64,000 nt of DNA from Gammaproteobacteria bacterium. GTDB lineage: Bacteria; Pseudomonadota; Gammaproteobacteria; Ga0077536. This document shows, piece by piece, positions 27,373-36,186 of this stretch. The notes under the pieces were generated by a model. That model was not told where the DNA came from, did no database searches, and saw nothing but the letters and a program-made list of their open reading frames with translations. The translations under genes were made by a program, and so were the position numbers. Within the stretch, counting starts at the first letter, position 1; each line of letters opens with the position of its first letter. The DNA is taken from NCBI GenBank assembly GCA_963662545.2, contig CAXXLL010000002.1:1088001-1152000 (forward strand). Reading direction: 5' to 3'.

Positions 27373-28005
27373 GAGAATAAGCCGAATAAACACCCTTTTC
27401 CGCAATTCCACCGAGTATCGTCAGGTCATCAAACCGTCGTCAACCTGCGATTCGACGCGGTGTTGGCCTGAATTGAGCCCCTGAGCCGGCAGTAATTCTG
27501 TACATCAGGGCGATTTTTCGACGGTTCCGAGCGTCGGCACGACAGCGACTCTGCCGCGTCGCTGAGTGTCGCAGCCGCTGGTCTTACGCGCGTGGTTGCG
27601 CGTGTATCAGGCGAACCAGCGGGCCTGGGGCGGCGCCCGACACGGTGGCAAACGCGAGGCAGCTGTTGAAGTGTTTTTGCGGTCGAGGTGGGTGAGGATC
27701 TTCTCGATCACCACAGGGTCTTCGATGCAGGCGATGATCCTGACGTGGCCGCCGCAGCTCTTGCAGGTCTCGATGTCGATGTTGAAGACCCGCTTCAGGC
27801 GCTGTGCCCAGGTCGCCGCTCTTGCGCATCCCTGCGCCCGCGGCATTAGTGCATCCATGCACGTCATGGCGGCCCGGCGTTCGGCGGGCGTTAGGTCTTC
27901 AGTCGCCGCCGCGTTGGCTTTGTTGCCCTTGCCCCGTTTGGCCGGCGTCACCCGCGCACGATGCGCGCTGTTGGGGGCGAACACGCCGTGGAAGCGGGTG
28001 AGGTT
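27373..28005 (-). mobile_element. Truncated IS91/ISCR-like element: transposase 3' fragment (27607-28005) plus oriIS-like end
   Basis: NLTRFHGVFAPNS, ERRAAMT..WAQRLKRVFNIDIETC..CGG..RIIACIEDP.VI.KIL.HL, RAPP. Minus-strand GGAAAAGGGTGTTTATTCGGCTTATTCTC ends near 27373. Confidence 0.88.
27815..27862. repeat. 48-bp double-hairpin micro-insertion with 3-bp TSD (GTC), in frame in the IS91 transposase
   Basis: GCCGCTCTTGCGCATCCCTGCGCCCGCGGCATTAGTGCATCCATGCAC is flanked by GTC at 27812-27814 and 27863-27865, adding 17 codons inside MT-WAQRL. Confidence 0.85.
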
Positions 28006-28029
28006 GGCAGGTTTCTTTTTTGGCTCACC

Positions 28030-28103
28030 ATGTCCGCAGTTGGCCGGTTGCTGCCGAAATCGTCACTGCGAAGTTTGACTGGAATGCCTTCATTAGCGGA
28101 CAT
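28030..28103. repeat. GTCCGC..GCGGAC-type palindromic units adjoining the IS91 remnant
   Basis: ATGTCCGCAGTTGGCCGGTTGCTGCC and TGACTGGAATGCCTTCATTAGCGGACAT, the same unit type as in R0-R3. Confidence 0.6.
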
Positions 28104-28280
28104 CAATTCACGTGTTGGAACTGTCCGAGCAAGTTTGAACTCCGCTTTTAGTCTGTCAGATCGAGTCTGAATTTTAAAAATCAGGGGGATCGCGGTGATG
28201 GAGGTCCGCAGGCTTTCGAGCGGTATTCAAGCTTCGCGCGCAAGCGGGCGAACCTGAATACCCAATTTCGGATTGCGCCG

Positions 28281-28886
28281 CTAAATCCGCTCGGCGCGTA
28301 CTATCCACAGGGGATCGGCATTCGCCGGTGAACGATCGAGCGCCTCAGGCATGTCGAAACTGCCCGCGCGACGAACGTACTCGGCGACGAGGCGCATGCG
28401 CTCGTCCGTGCCGGATGTGTGAAACGCGCGAATGGCCTTCGTGTGGAAACAGCGATGCGACATGCTCACGACGACCTGCCCGCCGGGGCGCAGGACGCGG
28501 GCTATGTCGGCAAAAACATCCAGGGGACGGATTAGGTATTGGATCGACACCGCGATAAACACGAAGTCGAAGCGCGCAGCATCCCATGGCAGTGAGGGAT
28601 CGTGATTTAAATCGTGGACGACTTGTTCTCCCAGCCGTGGATTGCCGTCCAGTTCCGCCGCGTTCATGCCGAGGCCCGCGACGTGTCCGAGTTCCGGTTC
28701 TTCGGGCAGATGCGAAACCCAGGACGACATGAGATCGAGCACGTCGGCACCGCTGAATAAGATCTCGCTATAAAAAGAAGTGAGCGCAGCGATGGTGGCG
28801 TCATCGATGTGCGTTACGAAGCGGGGCTGGATGTAAAACAGTGCATCGGGCGTTTCGTCGAGTCGCTCGAACATCGTCGGCGACAT
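28281..28886 (-). CDS. Class I SAM-dependent methyltransferase (type 11)
   Basis: D..FY..PRFVTHID, VLDLMSSWVSHLP, GLGMNA.EL..N, VSIQYL.RP. Confidence 0.9.
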   Translation of the reverse strand: MSPTMFERLDETPDALFYIQPRFVTHIDDATIAALTSFYSEILFSGADVLDLMSSWVSHLPEEPELGHVAGLGMNAAELDGNPRLGEQVVHDLNHDPSLPWDAARFDFVFIAVSIQYLIRPLDVFADIARVLRPGGQVVVSMSHRCFHTKAIRAFHTSGTDERMRLVAEYVRRAGSFDMPEALDRSPANADPLWIVRAERI

Positions 28887-29139
28887 TGGCGTTCCACCTC
28901 GGCGCGTCAATGAATTCGTGCATCGCAACCGCGCGGTCACGGCGGATATCGCACTGCATCCAACGCGAGCTGCGCGGGGACTTCATTGCCAGATCTATTG
29001 CGCCAAGATCGATCGGTTGAACTATCGGGCCCGCAGCCAGTAGCGCGGTTGTGAAAGTTGTTGACGTGGACTCTACGGTCGCTGTTCACTCGATAGCTGA
29101 TGTGGACATCATTTATTGAAATTACCGTTCTGTATGATG

Positions 29140-29721
29140 TTACGGTAGGCACGGCTTTTGCGGCCCGCTCTTCTGCTGTTCGCTCTCGATTTCTTGTACA
29201 AGGGTTGCATAGGCGCCCGCCGAGATGAGTCTACGAGCTTCTTCGACGAATGATCGGCAATCACTAAGCCTTTGCGGGGTCCTGTGGACACGGGGCGTTT
29301 GCTCGAGAAAATTCGCCATCTCAATTTCAATGAGTGCTTGAAGCACCTCCACTTGGATCGTTATTAGGCGCCCGTGGCGTTCATCCCTTACACGAATCGG
29401 GCGTTTGTTGATGTTCGTTTGAAACGTTCTGCGGTCGCAAACGCAGAACAGGTAAGCGAGATCTTCAGAGGTGGAGCCGATTACGCGGCGAACCTTCGAT
29501 CTCTGCTCCAATTCCGCCGAAGCGACACGGAAGCTTCGCGTACCGTAAATACTATGGAAAAGGCCGGCGACGCACGTCTCCGTGGGATTTCCCCACGACG
29601 CAAGAATGTCGTGCGTCTGAATCAAATGACGCACCAATACGTCGCCGGAGTGCGGATTCGTATCTGCACCGAACTCCTTAAGAAGCTCTAGATACTCTTC
29701 ACTGATCATCGAACGTGCCAT
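29140..29721 (-). CDS. DUF6817-like HD-domain-related protein
   Basis: HSG..L..HL..T..IL..WG......AGLFHSIYGT, IG..SE.LAYLFC, EMANFLEQ. Confidence 0.75.
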   Translation of the reverse strand: MARSMISEEYLELLKEFGADTNPHSGDVLVRHLIQTHDILASWGNPTETCVAGLFHSIYGTRSFRVASAELEQRSKVRRVIGSTSEDLAYLFCVCDRRTFQTNINKRPIRVRDERHGRLITIQVEVLQALIEIEMANFLEQTPRVHRTPQRLSDCRSFVEEARRLISAGAYATLVQEIESEQQKSGPQKPCLP

Positions 29722-29802
29722 GGCGACGACGACTCTGATGCCTCACCGAAAGTATTGACCGAGGGCGTAACGCTGACCTACTCGCCAAGAACGGCTCCGA
29801 CG

Positions 29803-29931
29803 GTACTGTCAAGTTAACTGATTTCATGGAGATTTCACTGACCGTGACGCCACCTAAGTTGCTGATTCGTGGTCCTGGCTAGAATAAATTTTGCTTCGAA
29901 AATGAGCAAATTCTAGTTAACTTGACAGTAC
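29803..29931. mobile_element. MITE-like element D (129 bp)
   Basis: Perfect 17-bp TIR GTACTGTCAAGTTAACT / AGTTAACTTGACAGTAC with an AT-rich non-coding interior. Confidence 0.7.
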
Positions 29932-29960
29932 GCTTACTCATGATCGGGATCAATTATCCT

Positions 29961-31004
29961 TCAGGTTGCGAGCAGGTCGCGGAGGTTGTCGTCGATCGCC
30001 TGCTTGTCTTTTTCGTCCATGCAGAACATCGTGAAATGGGCCCACAGCGAATCGATCAGCCGGTACTCACAATCCGGAATCAAGTCGGCTTCCGCCTTGC
30101 AGTCCGCCGGCGGAAAAAACATGTCGTTGCCGAATGGCATGACAAAGGTCCGGGCCTTGATGCGCCCGAGGGCGGCGGCGAGGTCCCCGTCGGTATGCAG
30201 GCTTACGTCGCCGTGTCGCCACTTCCATGCCATGCAGATGAGGTTGTTCGGATCCATGGGCGCGAAATAGGCCTCCCAGAACCCCGTGACGAATTCGTCG
30301 AGGGTCGAGAAATCGAGGCCGCGCCACACTTCTTGTCTGTAGAACTCGGGGCAAAGCCCCATCACCGACCAGATCTCGGCGTGCCGGCGCAAGCCGAGGT
30401 GGACCGCGTTGGGTTCGGTATAGAACCCGCCGTTCCAGGCCGGGTCGGATTTGATCGTGTTCTCGTGGGCGCGCACGAACAGGTAGTCGTGCGGCGTTGT
30501 CTTGGCGGTGCCGGCGAAGGGCGCGGCCCGCTTTACCATGTCGGGGTAGCGCACCGCCCATTCGTAGGTCTGTTCCGCACCCATCGACCATCCGAGTACC
30601 AGTTGTAACTCGGAGATCCCGAACACCTCGGTTACCAGGCGATGCTGGGCCTGGACGTCGTCGCCGATCATGACGTTCGGAAACGCACCCATGTTGTGCG
30701 GCGGTGGCGTGTTGCTCGGTGAGGACGAAAAGCCGTTGCCGAACTGGCCCGGCAGGATAATGAAATACTTCGAAGGATCCAGCGCACGACCTTCGCCGAT
30801 GAAGATCTCCATCGACTTCGACGTGCCGGACCACATATGCGGAAAGAGGATCGCGTTGTCCTTGGCTTCATTCAGTGTGCCGTGGGTGCGATAGGCGAGC
30901 CGGGCGTGCTGGAGGGTTTCACCCTGAATCAGGGAGAGGTCTCCGAGTTCGAGGTATTTATGCGGACCCAGCGTGTCTTCCGAGTAATAGGCATTGTCGA
31001 TCAT
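29961..31004 (-). CDS. Homoserine O-acetyltransferase-like alpha/beta hydrolase
   Basis: LAY.THGTLN..KDNAIL, FGNGFSSSPSN, GWSMG, DMFFPP, WAH. Confidence 0.88.
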   Translation of the reverse strand: MIDNAYYSEDTLGPHKYLELGDLSLIQGETLQHARLAYRTHGTLNEAKDNAILFPHMWSGTSKSMEIFIGEGRALDPSKYFIILPGQFGNGFSSSPSNTPPPHNMGAFPNVMIGDDVQAQHRLVTEVFGISELQLVLGWSMGAEQTYEWAVRYPDMVKRAAPFAGTAKTTPHDYLFVRAHENTIKSDPAWNGGFYTEPNAVHLGLRRHAEIWSVMGLCPEFYRQEVWRGLDFSTLDEFVTGFWEAYFAPMDPNNLICMAWKWRHGDVSLHTDGDLAAALGRIKARTFVMPFGNDMFFPPADCKAEADLIPDCEYRLIDSLWAHFTMFCMDEKDKQAIDDNLRDLLAT

Positions 31005-31205
31005 GATCTTTCCTCCAAACTTGTCATTAGCGTTGTTCTCTTCTGACGTACATCCGGGGCGTGTCGACTACGAAAATACGGTTGATAAGAAATTATCAGG
31101 AACGCTCGTATCGAACTCGATTCGTCTCCGCGCATCGAAGCGCATTGCACGTCCCGATACGGTGTTGCTATTTTTGGGTATACAGTACCCTAAGGGAGGT
31201 CGATT

Positions 31206-32006
31206 ATGGCAGTCCGAGTAGAGAAAAGCGGTGCGGTCACCACCGTCATTCACAGCCGGCCGGAAGTGCGCAACGCGATGGATCCGGAGAGCGCTGATGC
31301 ACTAAACGAAGCCTTTTTGGCTTTCGAGGGAGATCCCGAGTCCAGTGTCGCCGTCTTCTGGGGCGAGGGCGGTGCTTTCTGCGCGGGGTGGGACTTGAAA
31401 TTCGCGAGTATGCTGGAGGGGCGGGAGCATCCCCTTGAAGATCTGGATTTTCCGGTGGGCGACGGCGCGATCCCGCGCGGCCCGATGGGCCCGAGCCGGC
31501 TCAACCTGTCGAAACCCGTGATCGCGGCGGTGGCGGGGCCGGCCGTTGCCGGGGGGTTCGAGCTCGCGCTGTGGTGCGACATTCGGATCATGGAAGAGAG
31601 CGCCTACTTCGGCGTTTATTGCAGGCGCTGGGGGATCCCCTTGATCGACGGCGGCACCGTGCGCCTGCCGCGCCTGGTGGGGCAGGGACGCGCGCTGGAA
31701 ATCATCCTGACAGGGAGAAAGGTTCCGGCGGATGAAGCGCTGCGGATCGGCGCCTGCGAGAAGGTCGTTGCCGATGGGACGGCGCGCGAAGCGGCGGAAG
31801 AGATGGCGCTCGCGATCGCGCGGTTTCCCCAGGTTTGCATGCGCGCGGACCGACGTTCGGTTCATTTGCAGCATGGCCTTTCGTTGGGCGAGGCGCTCCG
31901 CAGTGAATGGACCACGAGCGTCGGCGTCGTCGCCAGCGAAGGTGTTGCCGGTGCGACGCGTTTCAGCGGCGGCAAGGGCCGGCACGGCGATTTCGGGGAT
32001 CTCTGA
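31206..32006 (+). CDS. Enoyl-CoA hydratase (crotonase) family
   Basis: AFCAGWDL, GPMGPSR, AVAGGFELALWCD, CRRWGIPLIDGGTVRLPRL. Confidence 0.93.
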   Translation: MAVRVEKSGAVTTVIHSRPEVRNAMDPESADALNEAFLAFEGDPESSVAVFWGEGGAFCAGWDLKFASMLEGREHPLEDLDFPVGDGAIPRGPMGPSRLNLSKPVIAAVAGPAVAGGFELALWCDIRIMEESAYFGVYCRRWGIPLIDGGTVRLPRLVGQGRALEIILTGRKVPADEALRIGACEKVVADGTAREAAEEMALAIARFPQVCMRADRRSVHLQHGLSLGEALRSEWTTSVGVVASEGVAGATRFSGGKGRHGDFGDL

Positions 32007-32009
32007 GCG

Positions 32010-32804
32010 ATGGGCAGGCTCGCAGGAAAAATCGCCATCGTCGTCGGCGCCGGTCAGACGCCGGGCGACACCATCGGCAACGGGCGCGCGACGGCCATTC
32101 GATTTGCCGAGGAGGGCGCCACCGTCCTGCTCGTCGATCGCGATCTCGAATCGGTCGAGGAAACGCTGTCACTAATCGAAGCGCGCGGCGGTCGCGGCAG
32201 TTGCTTCGTCGCCGACGTAACGAGCGAAGCACAGTGCAAAGCGATCACGACGATTTGCCTGGAACGCTACGATCGCATCGACGTGCTCCACAACAACGTC
32301 GGTATTGGCACCGGCGACCGCGGCCCGACGCACATCACCGAAGATGTCTGGGACCACATTTTTACCACCAACCTGAAATCGATCATGTTCACCTGCAAGC
32401 ACGCTTTGCCGATCATGCGCGAGCAGCGGGGTGGGTGCATCGTCAATATTTCCTCGATAGCCGCGATCTGCGAGATGGGGCTGGTCAGCTACAAGGCGTC
32501 GAAGGCCGCGCTCAATGCCTATACCCATACCTTGGCGACGGGCGGCGCGAAGTACGGGATCCGCGCCAACGTCATCATGCCCGGCCTAATGAACACACCG
32601 ATGGCTATCGAGGGCTACGTCGCTGCGGGGCACGATCGTGCGGCCTTGATCGAACGGCGCAACGCGAGCGTACCGTTAGGCGGACAGATGGGAACGGCAT
32701 GGGACGTGGCGAACGCAGCCCTGTTCCTCGCTTCCGACGAAGCGAAATTTATTACCGGTGTCTGCCTGCCGGTAGACGGCGGGCAGTCGGCGTTGATCGG
32801 GTAG
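32010..32804 (+). CDS. Short-chain dehydrogenase/reductase
   Basis: GAGQTPG..IGNGRA, LHNNVG, YKASK, VDGG. Confidence 0.92.
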   Translation: MGRLAGKIAIVVGAGQTPGDTIGNGRATAIRFAEEGATVLLVDRDLESVEETLSLIEARGGRGSCFVADVTSEAQCKAITTICLERYDRIDVLHNNVGIGTGDRGPTHITEDVWDHIFTTNLKSIMFTCKHALPIMREQRGGCIVNISSIAAICEMGLVSYKASKAALNAYTHTLATGGAKYGIRANVIMPGLMNTPMAIEGYVAAGHDRAALIERRNASVPLGGQMGTAWDVANAALFLASDEAKFITGVCLPVDGGQSALIG

Positions 32805-32851
32805 TGCTGATCGCTTGCTTCGAAAAATACCCTTCGATATGGCCGAGGTTC

Positions 32852-34030
32852 TTAGCTGTCGGAAAATAGTGAGGCGATGTGAGCCTGGACGTGTTCCAGG
32901 CCACACCGCACTCGGCTGCGAATCGCTCGGGTCGAGCTGCCATGCCTGTGCAATGACAGCCAGCTATCCTGTGCGGGGATCAATTTGCGCCATCGCTCTT
33001 CGATCCGCTCTACCTGGCTCGCGCTTAACTCAAAGGGGTCGGGCAAGGGAAGTTCATAACGGTCCAGGTATTCAAGTGCTGCATCCCAGTAATCGGCCCA
33101 GAGGCGAGCATCGGTCAGTTCGGATCCGGGATTTTCGCGGCTGCGAGCCACGAACGACGGCAGGAAAGGTTTTATCTTTCGGTGGCCAATGGGTAGGTAA
33201 CGCATATTAAAAGCCCAGCGGTATGAATCGGACGTTTTGTTTTGCGTCGATGCGTGGAACAACTTGGCGTCCATGAGCACGATATCTCCCGGACGCGTGT
33301 CCAGTTGTAGCGCCTCGTTCTTACGATCTTCGGGAAATTCCCGATATCCGCCGAGATGTGACCGTGGCAACACTATTAAGCTGCTGTTTGCAGAATTTGC
33401 TTCAGTCATGGGCACCCAGGCATTGACGTAATTGTGTTCAAAATCGTCTGCGAACCCGGGGAAGCCATCAACATGCCAAGGCGTTTGACCCAGATGGAAA
33501 CCATTCAAGAATCTTGATAATTTCGAGGATCTGCGATTCTTGAATCCGATCCCTACCGCCCGTTGGTTGACCCTCTGCAGTTGCTGCAAGTGGGCGGTTC
33601 CAAGTTTGAGGTTGAAATGGTAGAGCGGGGTGGCTGAAATTTCAGGCCCGATCACCGATTCCACAAGGTCGAGGATCCGGGGATTTCGCATCAAATCGAA
33701 TAGTTCGGGGATTTGAGCGCTTGATACATTTCTCCACCTTCGGTAACCCTTTTCAAAGATGGCCAGCGCCGGATCAATGTGGTGAAAAACGCCGCCATTC
33801 GTGACGCCGACGAGGCTTGCGAACCGGTTGGGGAAGTCCAGCTCGCGGTAGTTTGCACAGATTTCATTCAGTTTTGAGCCGAGCAACTCGCTCGCGAGAC
33901 GATCGATCAGATCCGACCATGCACCCGCCAGCGGGGTCAGCTCGGTTTCCGGGTCAAGCGCACTTCGGAGTACCAGAAAACCTTCTGCGAGAAATTGTGT
34001 CTTCAGTGGCTCCTGAAATTTACCTGTCAT
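32852..34030 (-). CDS. Phytanoyl-CoA dioxygenase (PhyH)-family Fe(II)/2OG enzyme
   Basis: F..EGFLV, TPWHVD (HxD), NAWVP, PRSH, PGDIVL...LFHAS..N....RW. Confidence 0.85.
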   Translation of the reverse strand: MTGKFQEPLKTQFLAEGFLVLRSALDPETELTPLAGAWSDLIDRLASELLGSKLNEICANYRELDFPNRFASLVGVTNGGVFHHIDPALAIFEKGYRRWRNVSSAQIPELFDLMRNPRILDLVESVIGPEISATPLYHFNLKLGTAHLQQLQRVNQRAVGIGFKNRRSSKLSRFLNGFHLGQTPWHVDGFPGFADDFEHNYVNAWVPMTEANSANSSLIVLPRSHLGGYREFPEDRKNEALQLDTRPGDIVLMDAKLFHASTQNKTSDSYRWAFNMRYLPIGHRKIKPFLPSFVARSRENPGSELTDARLWADYWDAALEYLDRYELPLPDPFELSASQVERIEERWRKLIPAQDSWLSLHRHGSSTRAIRSRVRCGLEHVQAHIASLFSDS

Positions 34031-34261
34031 TAGCCTGTCACTTCCTACCCATCCTTCGCGACCATATGAAAAATTTCTTTGGGAGGATTATTACGGATCA
34101 GCACACCGGCGATCATTCATCGGTTCGTACGTCCGGTATTACTCGCATCCCGGCCAATTTGAGCCGGGGTGCCACATGTTCAAGCTCCGCTTCCTTTGTA
34201 ATCACCGCGCTCACGATGAGTCGGGCGGTGCTACAGCGAGCATCGCCTAATTGGCACCGCT

Positions 34262-35065
34262 TCATTGCGGCACCCGCAATCGCGTTGTGAGTAATTGGGC
34301 CGCCCGCGCATAATCGAACTGCACCGGGCCGCAGGCCCCAGCACATAGATCGGTGAGACGGTTGTCCGTCACCGGATGACTGAACTGTGCGTTGCGCATG
34401 CGTATTCGCTGTTGCAGCTGCGCGACCGTGATCCTGCCCAACAGCTCCCAGTCCGCTTCCGTCAAGCCCACCTGGTCGATGCCGGCGGTGGCGCCCAGCA
34501 TGTGATCGAATTCGTCTTCGTAGACTACGGCACAGGCCGCGGCGATCCGAGCATCGAAGCCACCACAAGCCGCGAGTTTCATGCCCTCGCTGTACAATGC
34601 GCAGTAACCGCCTTCGGTGAACCGCTGTGCGCGCGTGCCGAGCTCCCCATGGCGCCGGCGATGTCCGGCGCGCAGCTCCATAAGTTCGTCATTTTCAGCC
34701 CAGCTGCCGAGGCGTCTGCTGGTTTGCGGATCGAGTGCGGGCTCGCCCGCGTTACGCAGTTCGTCGTACAGATCGGCAAACAGGTAGTAGTGCGTCAGCT
34801 CATCGCAGAGCATTTTCGCGTCGTCGAGTAAGGCATGGCGATCGATACCCCCATCGACGCGAACAATTTCCTCCTTGATGCGTTCGAAGGGGGGGTGAAA
34901 TCCATCCCAGAACTCCTTGTATGTCTGGCGCAGCAGCCACAGGCGATCCGTTTCGCGTGAACGCAGCGGCGAATTCCAGTAGGTCCTGACGATCTCCGCC
35001 TCGCCAGCCCACAGCGGCGCATTGAGATCGATCAACCGGCGCAGAGGTTCACTCGGTTTCAACAC
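34262..35065 (-). CDS. Ferritin-like four-helix diiron protein (putative)
   Basis: KE...DELTH...TEGG...YEDEFDH gives two ExxH motifs at diiron-carboxylate spacing. Confidence 0.6.
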   Translation of the reverse strand: MLKPSEPLRRLIDLNAPLWAGEAEIVRTYWNSPLRSRETDRLWLLRQTYKEFWDGFHPPFERIKEEIVRVDGGIDRHALLDDAKMLCDELTHYYLFADLYDELRNAGEPALDPQTSRRLGSWAENDELMELRAGHRRRHGELGTRAQRFTEGGYCALYSEGMKLAACGGFDARIAAACAVVYEDEFDHMLGATAGIDQVGLTEADWELLGRITVAQLQQRIRMRNAQFSHPVTDNRLTDLCAGACGPVQFDYARAAQLLTTRLRVPQ

Positions 35066-35132
35066 AACTCATCCCATCATCTCCGCCGTAGCGATTTCTT
35101 TGAGAAACACTGCTGCACTGCCGCTGCTCAAA

Positions 35133-35297
35133 CTAGTGTGCCGTCCCGCGAAAAAGTTGCGTAAGTCGCACCGGATTTTTCGTTCCTGGCAAGGCGCGAG
35201 GACGCCGCGTAGCGGGCTCTACGCAAGGACGAGCAACGCCGCCGGGGACGAAAAAGACCAGCGAATTATGGAAGTTTTTCGCGGGACGGTGCACTAG
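35133..35297. mobile_element. MITE family B copy 2
   Basis: CTAGTGTGCCGTCCCGCGAAAAA...TTTTTCGCGGGACGGTGCACTAG; collinear with 20109-20271. Confidence 0.85.
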
Positions 35298-35310
35298 GAT
35301 GCATTTCACA

Positions 35311-36186
35311 TCAATGCGCAACGATGTGCACGAAGTCGGCATGTCCCGGTACCGTGGGACCTGAAAGCTCACTCGTGGACGCGTTTTCCATCGATATTAC
35401 GTCGAAGCGCTCGAAGTCAAAGCCTGCCTCTGTGAACAGGGTCCGTAACTCGCGGCGCGACCGAATGGGATAGAGTTGCAGACGCCGCGCGTAGATATGC
35501 GCCGCCGTCACCAGGGTTTCCGGGTCGAAACCCAGTTCCGTCCGGCGCGCCTCTTGTCCGACCCGCTGCGCAAACAAACGCGCCTCCTCCGAGGTAAAAC
35601 GTACGACAGCATTTGGATAATCCGGGCGCAGGCGTTGAATCAGGATCAAGCGCCCGCCGGGCCGCAATAGCGCGCGCCATCGTGCCATGAGCCGCCTGCG
35701 GCCGTCGTCATCGAAAAAACCGAGAAAGGCGTGCGTACAGATCACGTCGAATCGTTGCTCAACGGAAAATTCGAGGATATCGATCGCACGGGTTTCTACT
35801 GATGCCTCGACTCGCTGTGCATACCACGTGCAGAGATAAAGGGGAGTCTCGCAGAGGTCGACGGCGGTACATTCCAGTGGTGCGCCTGCACGGCCGTAGG
35901 CCCAAACCACATGAGCGAACATTGAACAGTCCGCGCATCCGGAGATCAGAACGCGCGGGTGACGCCGCTCACGGGCCACGGCGTCGAGGGAGGAGAGGAT
36001 CAGTGACGCATGGACCGCCGGCGAAGTACCGATGCCAAGCGCGCGAAGAGACGGCCACAGGCCATGGTACCAGGCACAGTCTTTCCCGTCGGCGCGATCG
36101 GTTCGGCACTGGCGCAAAGCGGCCGCGCGCGCCACCGATGCGCACTCGATCAATGGTTCCTCCAATACTAACGCTGATCCAGTCAT
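35311..36186 (-). CDS. Class I SAM-dependent methyltransferase
   Basis: VLISGCAD, AVDLCETP, FDVICTH, LLRPGG; N-terminal C...C......C.WYH. Its start overlaps the upstream ligase stop. Confidence 0.8.
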   Translation of the reverse strand: MTGSALVLEEPLIECASVARAAALRQCRTDRADGKDCAWYHGLWPSLRALGIGTSPAVHASLILSSLDAVARERRHPRVLISGCADCSMFAHVVWAYGRAGAPLECTAVDLCETPLYLCTWYAQRVEASVETRAIDILEFSVEQRFDVICTHAFLGFFDDDGRRRLMARWRALLRPGGRLILIQRLRPDYPNAVVRFTSEEARLFAQRVGQEARRTELGFDPETLVTAAHIYARRLQLYPIRSRRELRTLFTEAGFDFERFDVISMENASTSELSGPTVPGHADFVHIVAH

